A DNA stretch of 64,000 nt, taken from positions 12,407 to 76,406 of the forward strand of contig CAYYUG010000010.1 in NCBI GenBank assembly GCA_964474755.1, written 5' to 3'. The stretch is from an uncultured Rhodospirillaceae bacterium. GTDB lineage: Bacteria; Pseudomonadota; Alphaproteobacteria; UBA8366; GCA-2717185. The notes under the pieces are model-generated. The model was not told the DNA's origin and made no database searches. It saw only the letters and a list, made by a program, of their open reading frames with translations. The translations under genes were made by a program, and so were the position numbers. Of this stretch, positions 35,411 to 44,641 are shown piece after piece; positions within the stretch are counted from its first letter, which is position 1, and the number at the start of each line of letters is the position of its first letter.

Positions 35411-35734
35411 GTGAAAATCGAACGAACTGAAACGTTTCAGGTTCAATTGGAGGAAGGTACCACTTGCCAACGCAGCGAATTCGTTCGCATCTGGACCAAT
35501 GATGGTTTGTATGGCGCCGGCGAGGGCTTGTCCATGCAGGGCGAGACCTCTTCTCTGCTGGCGATCCAGCATGACAACGCGCCGGCTTGGATCGGCACTG
35601 ATCCGACCGACCACGCGGAGCCGCAGGACTGGCTGATGCACAAGCTGGTCAAGCAAGGACCGGAATGGAGGCTGACCGGCGTCCCCGCCGCATCGACGTC
35701 AACGCTTAACACACAGGAATTAAGGGGTAAGTAG
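35411..35734 (+). pseudogene. N-terminal remnant of an enolase-superfamily (mandelate racemase/muconate lactonizing enzyme) gene
   Basis: 107 codons with a GTG start. MKIERTETF...FVRIWTNDGLYGAGEG...IGTDPTD...W follows the MR_MLE N-domain pattern. It stops right after ..ELRGK (compare the family's DLKGK), 1 nt before the PrpD-family ATG. No barrel domain follows. Confidence 0.4.
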
Positions 35735-35735
35735 C

Positions 35736-37121
35736 ATGACGTCACTCAGTCGTCAGTTCGCCGAATGGGTCGTCGGACTCAAATATGAAGATTTGCCAAT
35801 GGCCGTCGTGGATCGCGCCAAGGGGCTCACTCTGCACGCTTTTTCTTCTGCATTAGTTGGACGGGGCTTTCCGGATGCTGAACAGGCGCTTCGCATGATG
35901 CAGGAAGAAGAAGGAGGTGGCGGGGCGGCCACTGTGATCGTCGATGGAGCGAAGTTGACCAAGGCGGGCGCGGCGCTGGTCAATTCTGAGATGATGTTTG
36001 CTGGCGGTAAGTGGGATACTTTCCGCATGCTAACCCATCCGGGCTGCGCGATCATTCCCTCGACCCTAGTCTCGGCGGAGCTCGAAGGTGCATCGGGTCG
36101 CGAATACATCACTGGGCTTGTTGCCGGCTATGAGATTATGGAACGTATGGCGGCAGACTTTATCCCCACCGTCATGTCACGCGGGTTCCATCCAGGTCCT
36201 GTTTTCGGCATCTTCGGTGCTGCGATGTCGGCAGCTAAGATCACTGGCCTCGACGCAGAACAGGTGCATGGTACGATCGCACAATGCGTCAATCTGGCAA
36301 GCGGTAATGTCGAAGGTGCGCGCAGTGGTGGAAAGTCTCTGCGCGAGGGTGGTGCCGTCCGCAATGCACTGCTGGCCGTTGCCATGGCAAGGCACGGAAC
36401 GCCCGGCGGAGAGACGGTGCTGGAGGGAGAGGGTGGCTTTTACCATTCTTATACTGGCAACAATCTCGGCAAACTGCGCTACAGCTTCACCGGTGACAAT
36501 GCAACCAACCTGGATAAGCTGACACAAGGGCTCGGCCAGGACTGGATGTTCCTGGAGACGCTGTATCGCATCTATTCGACACCGGGCTACAACATCGCAC
36601 ATGTTGACGTGACTGCAGCCTTGTGTGCGGAGCATGATATCCAATACGCGGATGTGGATCGGGTCGTCAGTCACGTTAATTTTCTGGAAACGCAATATCC
36701 CAGCCCCGCTTTTCCGTCGCGTGGCACCATTCCAAAGATCGACAGCCCGCACTATTACGCAGCTTATGGTGTGGTGAAACGCGGCTTTCCGCTGCTGAAA
36801 AACGTTGCCCGCAAGGTTGGCGAGGCAGATCCGCCGGAAGTGATCGACCTGATGAAGAGGGTAGAGATCGTGCCGGTCCACGCTCACACTCTTTTCGGTC
36901 CGACGGTGACGATACATCTGAAGGATGGCCGAAGCTTCACAAAGGTTGCGACGGGTCGCGAGTTCATCTGGGACTTCGACGAAGAGGTACGCCGGGTCCG
37001 CGAACTGATACCTGGTCTGCCAATTCCAAAAGCGCAGTTCGAAGATTTGATTGAAGCGTGTCGGGGCCTCGATGGCTTAGCAAAGGCGGATAAGCTGATC
37101 GAATTGAGTTTAATTGGTTAA
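35736..37121 (+). CDS. MmgE/PrpD-family protein (2-methylcitrate dehydratase-like)
   Basis: 461 aa with typical PrpD-family N-terminus (FAEWVVGLKYEDLP..VVDRAK..LLHAF..) and length. Confidence 0.85.
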   Translation: MTSLSRQFAEWVVGLKYEDLPMAVVDRAKGLTLHAFSSALVGRGFPDAEQALRMMQEEEGGGGAATVIVDGAKLTKAGAALVNSEMMFAGGKWDTFRMLTHPGCAIIPSTLVSAELEGASGREYITGLVAGYEIMERMAADFIPTVMSRGFHPGPVFGIFGAAMSAAKITGLDAEQVHGTIAQCVNLASGNVEGARSGGKSLREGGAVRNALLAVAMARHGTPGGETVLEGEGGFYHSYTGNNLGKLRYSFTGDNATNLDKLTQGLGQDWMFLETLYRIYSTPGYNIAHVDVTAALCAEHDIQYADVDRVVSHVNFLETQYPSPAFPSRGTIPKIDSPHYYAAYGVVKRGFPLLKNVARKVGEADPPEVIDLMKRVEIVPVHAHTLFGPTVTIHLKDGRSFTKVATGREFIWDFDEEVRRVRELIPGLPIPKAQFEDLIEACRGLDGLAKADKLIELSLIG

Positions 37122-37445
37122 AGGTCAGACATCACCGAACCTCAACCACTGTCATACCCTATCAAGTCGGGGATATTGCAATGCAAGGAGCTAGCCTGAC
37201 CTGAAGTCCATCAATTCGGCACGAGGATGGGCTTCATTTCATCGCCTTTCAGGATCAGATCGTAGCTGGGCAGACCTTCCAATAGCGGTAATGCGTGACC
37301 GTGGATCAGGTCTGTTTTTAGTGGTTAAGGCGTCGCGATTTTAAGACTGAATTAGCCATTTCCCGTTTCCGGCATGTCATGTTTGGTTAGATCCAGTCTG
37401 CGGTCCCCATCGATCGTGTTTGGAATTTCTGGCATTGGGCGCTCG

Positions 37446-37976
37446 CTAAATTTGGTGGATGTCGATGGCACCGTCGATGACGTTTTCCAGCAACACTATT
37501 TTCTTTTGTTTGATTTTGAGATCGTCGCCGACGCGGTACAAGGTGTAGTCATACCAACCACCGCGAATTTGTTTTCCCCAGCGTGGATCATTACACAAAG
37601 TCAACCACTTCGCTGATGCTTCGATCGTATCGCCATTGTCTTCGACAATGCGCACTGTATTGACTAGATGGCTTGTCCGGGCCAACGGCGTGGTGGCGTA
37701 TGCTTGGCCAGAGGTCAGTCGGTAGAGCCGTGCCTCCAACGCCGGCTTGCCGGTAAGATAGATCATGTTGACTTCCAGCTCTGGGTCGTTGGTTAACTCG
37801 TCCTCAGTCGCCCATGACGGTACCCAGTAGATGCAGTCCTGGGTGTAGAGGTCGGCCCAGCCCGACCATTCCCGCCGGTCCAGCAAGTCCGCTTCCAGAT
37901 AGAGCAGGTCACGGACCGCGTTGTAGCTGCCGCTCGCCGAACTCACGACACTACGCCGCCCATCAAGTCTCGCCAT
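37446..37976 (-). CDS. aromatic ring-hydroxylating dioxygenase, beta (small) subunit
   Basis: NTF2-like beta-subunit pattern (LYLEADLLDRREWSGWADLYTQDCIYWVPSW). An alternative GTG start at 37946 forms a GTGA overlap with the alpha-subunit stop. Confidence 0.85.
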   Translation of the reverse strand: MARLDGRRSVVSSASGSYNAVRDLLYLEADLLDRREWSGWADLYTQDCIYWVPSWATEDELTNDPELEVNMIYLTGKPALEARLYRLTSGQAYATTPLARTSHLVNTVRIVEDNGDTIEASAKWLTLCNDPRWGKQIRGGWYDYTLYRVGDDLKIKQKKIVLLENVIDGAIDIHQI

Positions 37977-39256
37977 TTGCGGAAAAAGCCATAATACAGT
38001 GTCTCTTGATCGTAGGTTGTGCCGCTGGTCACCGGATCGGCGCCGATACAGCTTGCCGCATCGTCCGGTCCCTTGAAGGCTATCCCAAGCCCACGATCGA
38101 GCCCGCTCCAGCGCGATAGGGTGCCTGCAGCGCCGAGCTGACAGTCCTCCAACGCCGCCAGATCGTCCGGTGTTGCCATACCGGTTACTGTATAAAAATC
38201 CTCGAATTTGCGCAGGCGTGCAGCGCGCGCCTTGCGGCTCTCCCCTTTCGGGGCGATGCAGTATACGCGCACTTCGGTGCGGTCCGGCGCAATCGGTCGT
38301 GTCACGCGGATTTGTGTCGAGGGCTGGTCCATCAGGTGGACGTTAGGGAAGAGGTAGAGATTTCGGCCGCGCCGGAGCATCCAGTCGACCTTTTCCTGAG
38401 GGAAATCCTGCAGCAGCTGTTCCTTGGCTTCGTAAAGCGGCATGACCTCCGGCGTCTCACGCTGAGACCAGATCATGTTGTGGCCGTTGCCGAAATCATA
38501 GCAACCGGCGGGTTGGGTGCCACGCAACCTGCCTGACTCGGTTCGTCGCATGTCCGCATTGTCGCCCATTTTTTCGCGCTGCTGCATGGCGCGGACGAAA
38601 ACTTGATGCACCGTGCTGACATGGTATCCATCGACACCGTTCTCCGCGTTTAGCTTCCAGTTGCCGCGCACTAAGTAGGTCTGGCCGCCACGCACCACTT
38701 CCATCCCTTTCGGCGACTGGTCGGCCAGATGATCGATGAATGGCAGGGTCTCGCCTAGATGGCTTTCCAGCGGCTCGACGCTGGCATCGAGGCACCCGAA
38801 GACGAACCCCTTGTAACTTTGCACGCGCGGCACCGGTGTCAGTCCCTTGCGTGCGCTTTCCGGGGTGCCACCCGGCCAGCCCTTCGCTTCGTCTTTCACA
38901 TGGGTGCATTTGCCCTTGGTGTCGTAGCACCATCCATGGAAGCGACATGCAATTGTCTGCATCGTGCCCCGCCGCCGAGGCGTGAGTATTGCGCCACGAT
39001 GGGCACAGGCATTGATGAAAGCGCCAATGCCGTCATCTTCCTGACGGATGACGAAGACTGGCTGCTGGCCAATATTTGTTGCGTAATAATCGCCATGTTT
39101 GATCACCTGACTTTCGTGACAGAGATATACCCAGGTCTTGCCGAACACGCGTTCCATCTCAGCGGAGAACACCGCTGGATCGGTGTAAAGGCGTCGGTCG
39201 ATGCGAAAGACACCGTCTTCGGTGCGGTCTTCGATGAATTGGGCCGTGTCGTCCAT
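37943..39256 (-). CDS. Rieske (2Fe-2S) aromatic ring-hydroxylating dioxygenase, alpha subunit
   Basis: Rieske motif CAHRGA...CRFHGW and catalytic DGYHVSTVH. Start set at ATG 39256 (MDDTAQFIEDR..); the ORF-track GTG at 39334 is upstream. Confidence 0.85.
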   Translation of the reverse strand: MDDTAQFIEDRTEDGVFRIDRRLYTDPAVFSAEMERVFGKTWVYLCHESQVIKHGDYYATNIGQQPVFVIRQEDDGIGAFINACAHRGAILTPRRRGTMQTIACRFHGWCYDTKGKCTHVKDEAKGWPGGTPESARKGLTPVPRVQSYKGFVFGCLDASVEPLESHLGETLPFIDHLADQSPKGMEVVRGGQTYLVRGNWKLNAENGVDGYHVSTVHQVFVRAMQQREKMGDNADMRRTESGRLRGTQPAGCYDFGNGHNMIWSQRETPEVMPLYEAKEQLLQDFPQEKVDWMLRRGRNLYLFPNVHLMDQPSTQIRVTRPIAPDRTEVRVYCIAPKGESRKARAARLRKFEDFYTVTGMATPDDLAALEDCQLGAAGTLSRWSGLDRGLGIAFKGPDDAASCIGADPVTSGTTYDQETLYYGFFRKWRDLMGGVVS

Positions 39257-39646
39257 GGATTTAGCTTCGGTCGTTTTTGGGTGTAGAGATGGTAGCAGAT
39301 AACACATTCCTGATTCGACAGGCTGTTTATTCACACGCTACGGTCCGGCGTATGTAAGTGGGAAGACGATTATGGTTGAAGATTTGGATGCGAACGAAAT
39401 TTTGATGGGCAAAAATTGCGTTGTTGCAGCTGTATCCCATGTCATTTCCGCATCATGGGTTCGGCCAGGATATGGAAACGCTGCATTCGGTTGCCGATCC
39501 AGAAAATTTAAGTTTTGACGACTTCCATAGGATTAAAATGGAACCAGACCGCACATATATTTTATGCGAGGAAACGAGAGAGCGTATGACATCGCTGATG
39601 ATTTCTGTGATGAATTCCCAGAAGGTCGGGTAACGGGGCCTTCCCG

Positions 39647-40846
39647 ATGCGCCGTCCGCTATGGATCATAATCCTCAGCGCCGGGGCCTGCGTCGGGCTT
39701 ACGCTCGGTTTCCGGCAGGCGCTTGGGCTATTCCTGACACCTATTTCTCTGGATACCGGGATAGGGAGAGAAACATTCGCCCTGAGCCTGGGATTGGCCA
39801 ATCTGTTCTGGGGTTTGACGGCGCCCTTTGCTGGTGCGATCGCCGACCGGTTTGGAGCCGGGCGGGTCGCGGCCGCGGGCGGTCTCTGCTACGCAGCTGG
39901 ACTGGCGGCTTTTACCTTAAGCGGCGATGGGGAGCAGCTGATCTTCGGTGGTATCCTGATCGGCTGCGGTTTGAGCGGGGCGGGCTTTTCCGTCGTGCTG
40001 GGCGCGGTCGGCCGCGCCGCACCAGAAGAAAAACGAGGCACAGCGCTGGGGGCGGTGGCCATGGGCGGGTCGATCGGCCAATTTGCGGCGCTACCCTACA
40101 CGTTCGCTTTCCTAGAGGGGTACAGCTGGACCATAAGCCTGTTCGCCCTGTCGATGACAACACTGCTGATCGTGCCGATTGCTTGGGGCCTGTCAGGCAA
40201 GCCGTCGCGCGAGGAAGGTCTCGCTCGGCAGACGATTGCCCAGGCGCTGAGCGAGGCGTTACGCAGCCCGAGTTTTTGGTTACTTAATACCGGTTTCTTC
40301 GCCTGCGGCTTCCATCTTGCCTTCATCACTGTGCATTTCCCGGCCTATCTCGCCGATCAGGGCTTCGCGCCCTGGCTTGCGACTGCTTCGCTTACTGTGC
40401 TTGGCATCTGCAACATCATTGGTAGCTATGGCAGCGGGGTGCTGGGCGACAAGTTTCCAAAGAAATTTGTGCTCAGCTTCATGTATCTTGGTCGGGCAGT
40501 GATTTTCGCTGGTTTCCTGCTGTTGCCAGTTTCCGAGGCTACAGTGATTGCCTTCGGCGCGCTGATGGGCTTCCTGTGGATCGGTACTGTGCCGCTGACC
40601 AGTGCGCTGGTTGCTACTATGTTTGGCACTAGCTACCTATCGATGCTCTTCGGTTTAGTGTTTTTCGGACATCAACTTGGCAGCTTCCTCGGCGCTTGGT
40701 TGGCGGGCCATTTTTACGATTTGATGGGCAGCTACGACGTCGTGTGGTGGCTAAGCGTTGCCATCGGCTTGATCTCCGCGGCACTACACTGGCCAATCGC
40801 AGAGCGTCCGGTCGAACGGCTAGCTGAGGCGGAGACCGCGTCTTGA
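39647..40846 (+). CDS. MFS transporter (oxalate/formate-antiporter-like/monocarboxylate-type by eye)
   Basis: 399 aa, 12 predicted TM segments, with LFWGLTAPFAGAIADRFG-type loop motifs. Confidence 0.8.
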   Translation: MRRPLWIIILSAGACVGLTLGFRQALGLFLTPISLDTGIGRETFALSLGLANLFWGLTAPFAGAIADRFGAGRVAAAGGLCYAAGLAAFTLSGDGEQLIFGGILIGCGLSGAGFSVVLGAVGRAAPEEKRGTALGAVAMGGSIGQFAALPYTFAFLEGYSWTISLFALSMTTLLIVPIAWGLSGKPSREEGLARQTIAQALSEALRSPSFWLLNTGFFACGFHLAFITVHFPAYLADQGFAPWLATASLTVLGICNIIGSYGSGVLGDKFPKKFVLSFMYLGRAVIFAGFLLLPVSEATVIAFGALMGFLWIGTVPLTSALVATMFGTSYLSMLFGLVFFGHQLGSFLGAWLAGHFYDLMGSYDVVWWLSVAIGLISAALHWPIAERPVERLAEAETAS

Positions 40847-41506
40847 TCGACCCTGTCTCCATCCCGGTCTGACACCTTAAGTAAAGTATCAAATTTTGTG
40901 ATGCGATGCTGTGTGAGACTGGCTTCGCTTGCATGGTCGAAAGACGCTCGACTTTAGGTTTAGTGGGCGCTAACCGGAGTTATGGTTCAATGCGCGACTG
41001 GACATGGTGTCGGTGCTTAGGAACTCAGACAGACATGTCTGCCTTTGCACGCCAAACTTAAGCGTGGTCAGAGCCGGCGCTGCAAGCGGTTGGAAGGGAT
41101 GCTGGTGCACTGTGCTTTCGAAAGGCTTCAACACCCACCTATTACGGCATATTCATTTTCGACCTCGATGGTATTAAAAACGAGGCGGTGACGTCTCCCG
41201 ACGCGTTTGTGGTACTGCCATTTTCTTGCCGTCGAGTACCGTCGCCTCTGTGGCGTTAGGTGCACTGCGATAGTAGATCCCGTCGATGCCTATCGCTCTA
41301 CAAATCAAAGTCCAGACACAGGCCGGTCTCGCTGGCTAGCTTGTGGACTTGGCGCGGCATTATTTCCTCGGATTTTAGTTTGCACAGCTTGATTTGGATA
41401 AGCGTGTTGTCGATGAGAATAAAAAAAGGGGCGTGTTGAACATCATCGCGTTTTGCGAGCATGCGGGTATACACTAATGCCGATACTCATTGCAGGTGAG
41501 GGTGGC

Positions 41507-43234
41507 ATGAATATGGAAATCGATACCGGTTCGACGTCGAGCGATCGCACCGCGGCGGACGCGATCCTGATCCGTTTGCGCCAGGCCGGCGTACGCTATC
41601 TGTTTGCCAACGCTGGGACCGACTTCGCCTCGATTGTAGAATCGATGGCCAGCGATGAGAGTGGGTCGATGGTCGAGCCCGTGCTGGTGCCGCACGAGGC
41701 CGTGGCCGTAGCGATGGCGCATGGCTACACGATGGTCACCGGTGAACCGCAGGCTGTTATGGTGCATGTAAGCGTAGGCACGGCGAACGCACTGTGTGCA
41801 GTGATAAACGCCAGCCGTCTGGAAATCCCAATGATCTTTATGGCTGGCCGAACGCCGATCACTGAGGACCGAACAGCAGCGGAAGGTGCTCGCACAGTTT
41901 ATGTGCACTGGGCGCAGGAGATGTACGACCAGGGTGCGATGGTACGCGAGATGGTTAAGTGGGACTACGAGCTGCGGGCGCCGGACGAGGTCGACAAGGT
42001 GATCGATCGAGCGCTCAACTTAGCGCAGAGTATGCCGAAGGGGCCGGCCTACCTATCGCTGCCGCGTGAGGTGTTGGCCGCGCCCGCACCGACGCCTGCA
42101 AACGCGGCCCTTCGCGTCGCGCCATCGCCGACCCATCCCGATCCGGCGGCGATCACAGAAGTGGCTGAGGTTCTGCTGGCGGCGGAAAACCCGCTTATCA
42201 TCACCGCAGATACAGGTCGAGAGCCAGAAGCCATGAAATATCTGGCGACGCTGACGGAGCGGTTTGCGCTTCCGGTGATCCCCGCCTTTCCTCGCTATCT
42301 AAACCTGCCTAGCGATCATCCTATGCTACTGGACTATGCGGTCGGTCCGCATATCAAAGCTGCTGACGTGGTGCTTGTGCTCGACAGCGACGTGCCCTGG
42401 ATCCCGGCCAAGGACGGTTCACCGGCGAACGCGAAAGTGATCCATATGGGCACCGACCCGCTCTACAGCGGTTACCCGATGCGCGGCTATCCCTGTGACA
42501 TCGCGATTGCGGCACCTTCATCGATCTCGCTGCCGGCACTCTCGGCGGCGATGGAGAGGAGCTATGCCGTCCATAAGACAGGAATTGCTGCGCGCCGCGC
42601 TCGTATCGACGAGGCCCGCCAGATAGTCCGCGCCCGTTGGCAGCAGATAGAAGAGGGGATGGAGACGGCAACGCCAATCCACCCCGCCTGGCTGTCGCGC
42701 TGCGTCGGCGACCTGATGGATGACAATGCAATCCTGATAAACGAGATGGGTGTGGCTTTGCCGCATGTATCGCTTTCGAACCCGGGGAGTTTCTTCGCGG
42801 CGAGCCCGGTAAGCGGCTTGGGTTGGGGGTTAGGCGCGGCGGTCGGCGCCAAATTGGCCGCGCCGGACAAGCTGGTCATTGCAGCAATTGGTGACGGTTC
42901 CTACTATTTCGGTAACCCAGCGGCAGCGCACTATTGTGCCCGCGCATATGACCTGCCGGTTTTATATATCATCCTTGATAATTCGGCATGGGGTGCGGTT
43001 CGCCGCGCTGTCCGCGATATGTACCCGGACGGACGCGCGGTGCGGTCGAACAACATGCCATTGACCAGCCTAGAGCCGATGGTCGCTTTCGATAAAGCGT
43101 GCGAAGCCGCCGGCGGTTATGGGGAACGGGTCGAGGTCCCTGATGAGCTGCCTAAGGCACTCGAACGGGCAAAGCATGCGGTGACAGTGGAAAAACGCCA
43201 GGCCTTGCTGCATGTGGTGCTCGGAGGGGCATAG
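41507..43234 (+). CDS. thiamine-diphosphate-dependent enzyme (acetolactate-synthase-like fold)
   Basis: N-terminal Pyr domain (ILIRLRQAGVRYLFANAGTDF) and C-terminal PP domain (IGDGSYYF...LDNSAWG). Start at ATG 41507 after GGTGAGGG; the ORF-track TTG at 41453 is upstream. Confidence 0.8.
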   Translation: MNMEIDTGSTSSDRTAADAILIRLRQAGVRYLFANAGTDFASIVESMASDESGSMVEPVLVPHEAVAVAMAHGYTMVTGEPQAVMVHVSVGTANALCAVINASRLEIPMIFMAGRTPITEDRTAAEGARTVYVHWAQEMYDQGAMVREMVKWDYELRAPDEVDKVIDRALNLAQSMPKGPAYLSLPREVLAAPAPTPANAALRVAPSPTHPDPAAITEVAEVLLAAENPLIITADTGREPEAMKYLATLTERFALPVIPAFPRYLNLPSDHPMLLDYAVGPHIKAADVVLVLDSDVPWIPAKDGSPANAKVIHMGTDPLYSGYPMRGYPCDIAIAAPSSISLPALSAAMERSYAVHKTGIAARRARIDEARQIVRARWQQIEEGMETATPIHPAWLSRCVGDLMDDNAILINEMGVALPHVSLSNPGSFFAASPVSGLGWGLGAAVGAKLAAPDKLVIAAIGDGSYYFGNPAAAHYCARAYDLPVLYIILDNSAWGAVRRAVRDMYPDGRAVRSNNMPLTSLEPMVAFDKACEAAGGYGERVEVPDELPKALERAKHAVTVEKRQALLHVVLGGA

Positions 43235-43373
43235 AGTAATAGCACGCCTAAAATTTTAGGTTTATCCAACGACTATGTCCGTGGTGCCATCTTTCTGAAG
43301 GCAAACCTTGGCGCAGCCTTAACTCTGGAACTGTAGACCTTATCCGGCATGTTAGCTCTGGGGATATTTAAAC

Positions 43374-44612
43374 CTAGTCTGATGCCGCCATCTGCGCCGC
43401 ATCCTTCGCCGCCATTCGCGCTTTAAGTTCTTCCGGGGTCAGCCGGACGATGTCGGCATTCTGATGGCTAAAAATGTCGTAGACCTTGGTTTCTAGGTCC
43501 TCGAGTGTAAGCCGTCCGCTGAGCACATTGTCTTTCCACGTTGCGTGCTCTCCCTCCAGCGCGTGAAATTCTGGCATTACCTCCTCGGCGAACATCTTCA
43601 GGCTGCCGCAGATATCCTCGTGGCTGGTTTTTCCTGCCTGGTTCAGCAGTATTACCTGATCGACATGTGCTTCCTGGAACTGGTGCAGTTTCTCGCGGAT
43701 CGTAGCGGGAGAGCCGATCAGGGCGCCCTTGAAGGCGTCCTGCGCCTTGTCACTATGCCGCCAGTCCTGAAATTCTTCCCAAAGATTGCCTTTACCTGGC
43801 GCGTCTACACCCTTCCGACCGTAATAGGACAGCGCGAAGATAAAGAAGGTCCAGCCGGACGCCTTTTCATAGGCCTCTTCGTCCGTCTCAGCACACATAA
43901 AGCCAGACACCATGGCGATGTTTGGGTTGATCGGGTGCTCGGTTAGCCGGTTCGGTCTGTGTAGCAGATTGTTGTAGTACTTATTTACCCAGGCGGTTGC
44001 TGCGTCTGGAGAAACGAAGGTGAAGCCGAGTGCCCCCATTCCCCATTCGCCGGCCTGGCCGATGGTTTTGATGTTTGAGCAAGCGACCCATAGCGGCGGG
44101 TGCGGTTTTTGGTACGGTTTTGGAATCACGTTGCGCGCGGGGAAATCGTGGTATTCGCCGTGGAACTCCCAACTCTCCTTAGTGAACATAGGGATAATTG
44201 CTTTGACAGCTTCCTCCCAACGGTCGCGCTTGCTGCGTACCTGGGTGCCGAACGGATGCAATTCAGCTGGACCTGCGCCTTCGCCCATGCCGAACTCGAC
44301 GCGGCCTTTAGACAGCAGATCGAGGGTCGCGACCCGCTCTGCCACGCGATGCGGCTGGTTGGTCGGTAGTTGGATCACACCATGGCCGAGCCGGATGCTT
44401 TTTGTTCGCTGGCTGGCCGCTCCGAGAAAGACTTCCGGCGCTGAGGAATGGCTGTACTCCTCTAAAAAATGGTGCTCGACCTCCCAGGCGTAGTCGTAGC
44501 CCAACTTGTCGGCTAGTTCGATCTGCGTCAGGGAATTTTGTAGCAGTTCGTATTCCGAATGCTCTTGCCATGGGCGCGGCAGCTGGTGCTCGTAAAAGAT
44601 ACCGAATTTCAT
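43374..44612 (-). CDS. luciferase-like (LLM) flavin-dependent oxidoreductase
   Basis: MKFGIFYEHQLPRPW..., GRVEFGMGEG and an LLM TIM-barrel pattern. 412 aa with a C-terminal extension. Confidence 0.85.
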   Translation of the reverse strand: MKFGIFYEHQLPRPWQEHSEYELLQNSLTQIELADKLGYDYAWEVEHHFLEEYSHSSAPEVFLGAASQRTKSIRLGHGVIQLPTNQPHRVAERVATLDLLSKGRVEFGMGEGAGPAELHPFGTQVRSKRDRWEEAVKAIIPMFTKESWEFHGEYHDFPARNVIPKPYQKPHPPLWVACSNIKTIGQAGEWGMGALGFTFVSPDAATAWVNKYYNNLLHRPNRLTEHPINPNIAMVSGFMCAETDEEAYEKASGWTFFIFALSYYGRKGVDAPGKGNLWEEFQDWRHSDKAQDAFKGALIGSPATIREKLHQFQEAHVDQVILLNQAGKTSHEDICGSLKMFAEEVMPEFHALEGEHATWKDNVLSGRLTLEDLETKVYDIFSHQNADIVRLTPEELKARMAAKDAAQMAASD

Positions 44613-44641
44613 ATCCTGTTTTTCTCTTCGTTGCGGGCCGC

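Noticed and set aside
37211-37324. 37-codon open stretch downstream of the Rieske beta subunit (..DLIHGHALPLLEGLPSYDLILKGDEMKPILVPN*), as a remnant of the missing reductase or ferredoxin gene.
   Set aside because: There is no start codon, and the stretch is too short for me to recognise a family. It is mentioned in the findings as a possibility but not annotated.
39421-39633. 70-codon plus-strand ORF (TTG start) ending 13 nt before the MFS gene at 39647. The sequence ..METLHSVADPENLSFDDFHRIKMEPDRTYILCEETRERM.. looks mildly protein-like.
   Set aside because: There is no SD before any candidate start and I recognise no family. It needs homology or ribosome-profiling evidence before it can be called.
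43247-43260. Perfect 14-nt palindrome CCTAAAATTTTAGG between the convergent ThDP and LLM genes, as a bidirectional terminator.
   Set aside because: The stem is almost entirely A-T and very weak, with no flanking U-tracts. It is noted but not called as a terminator.
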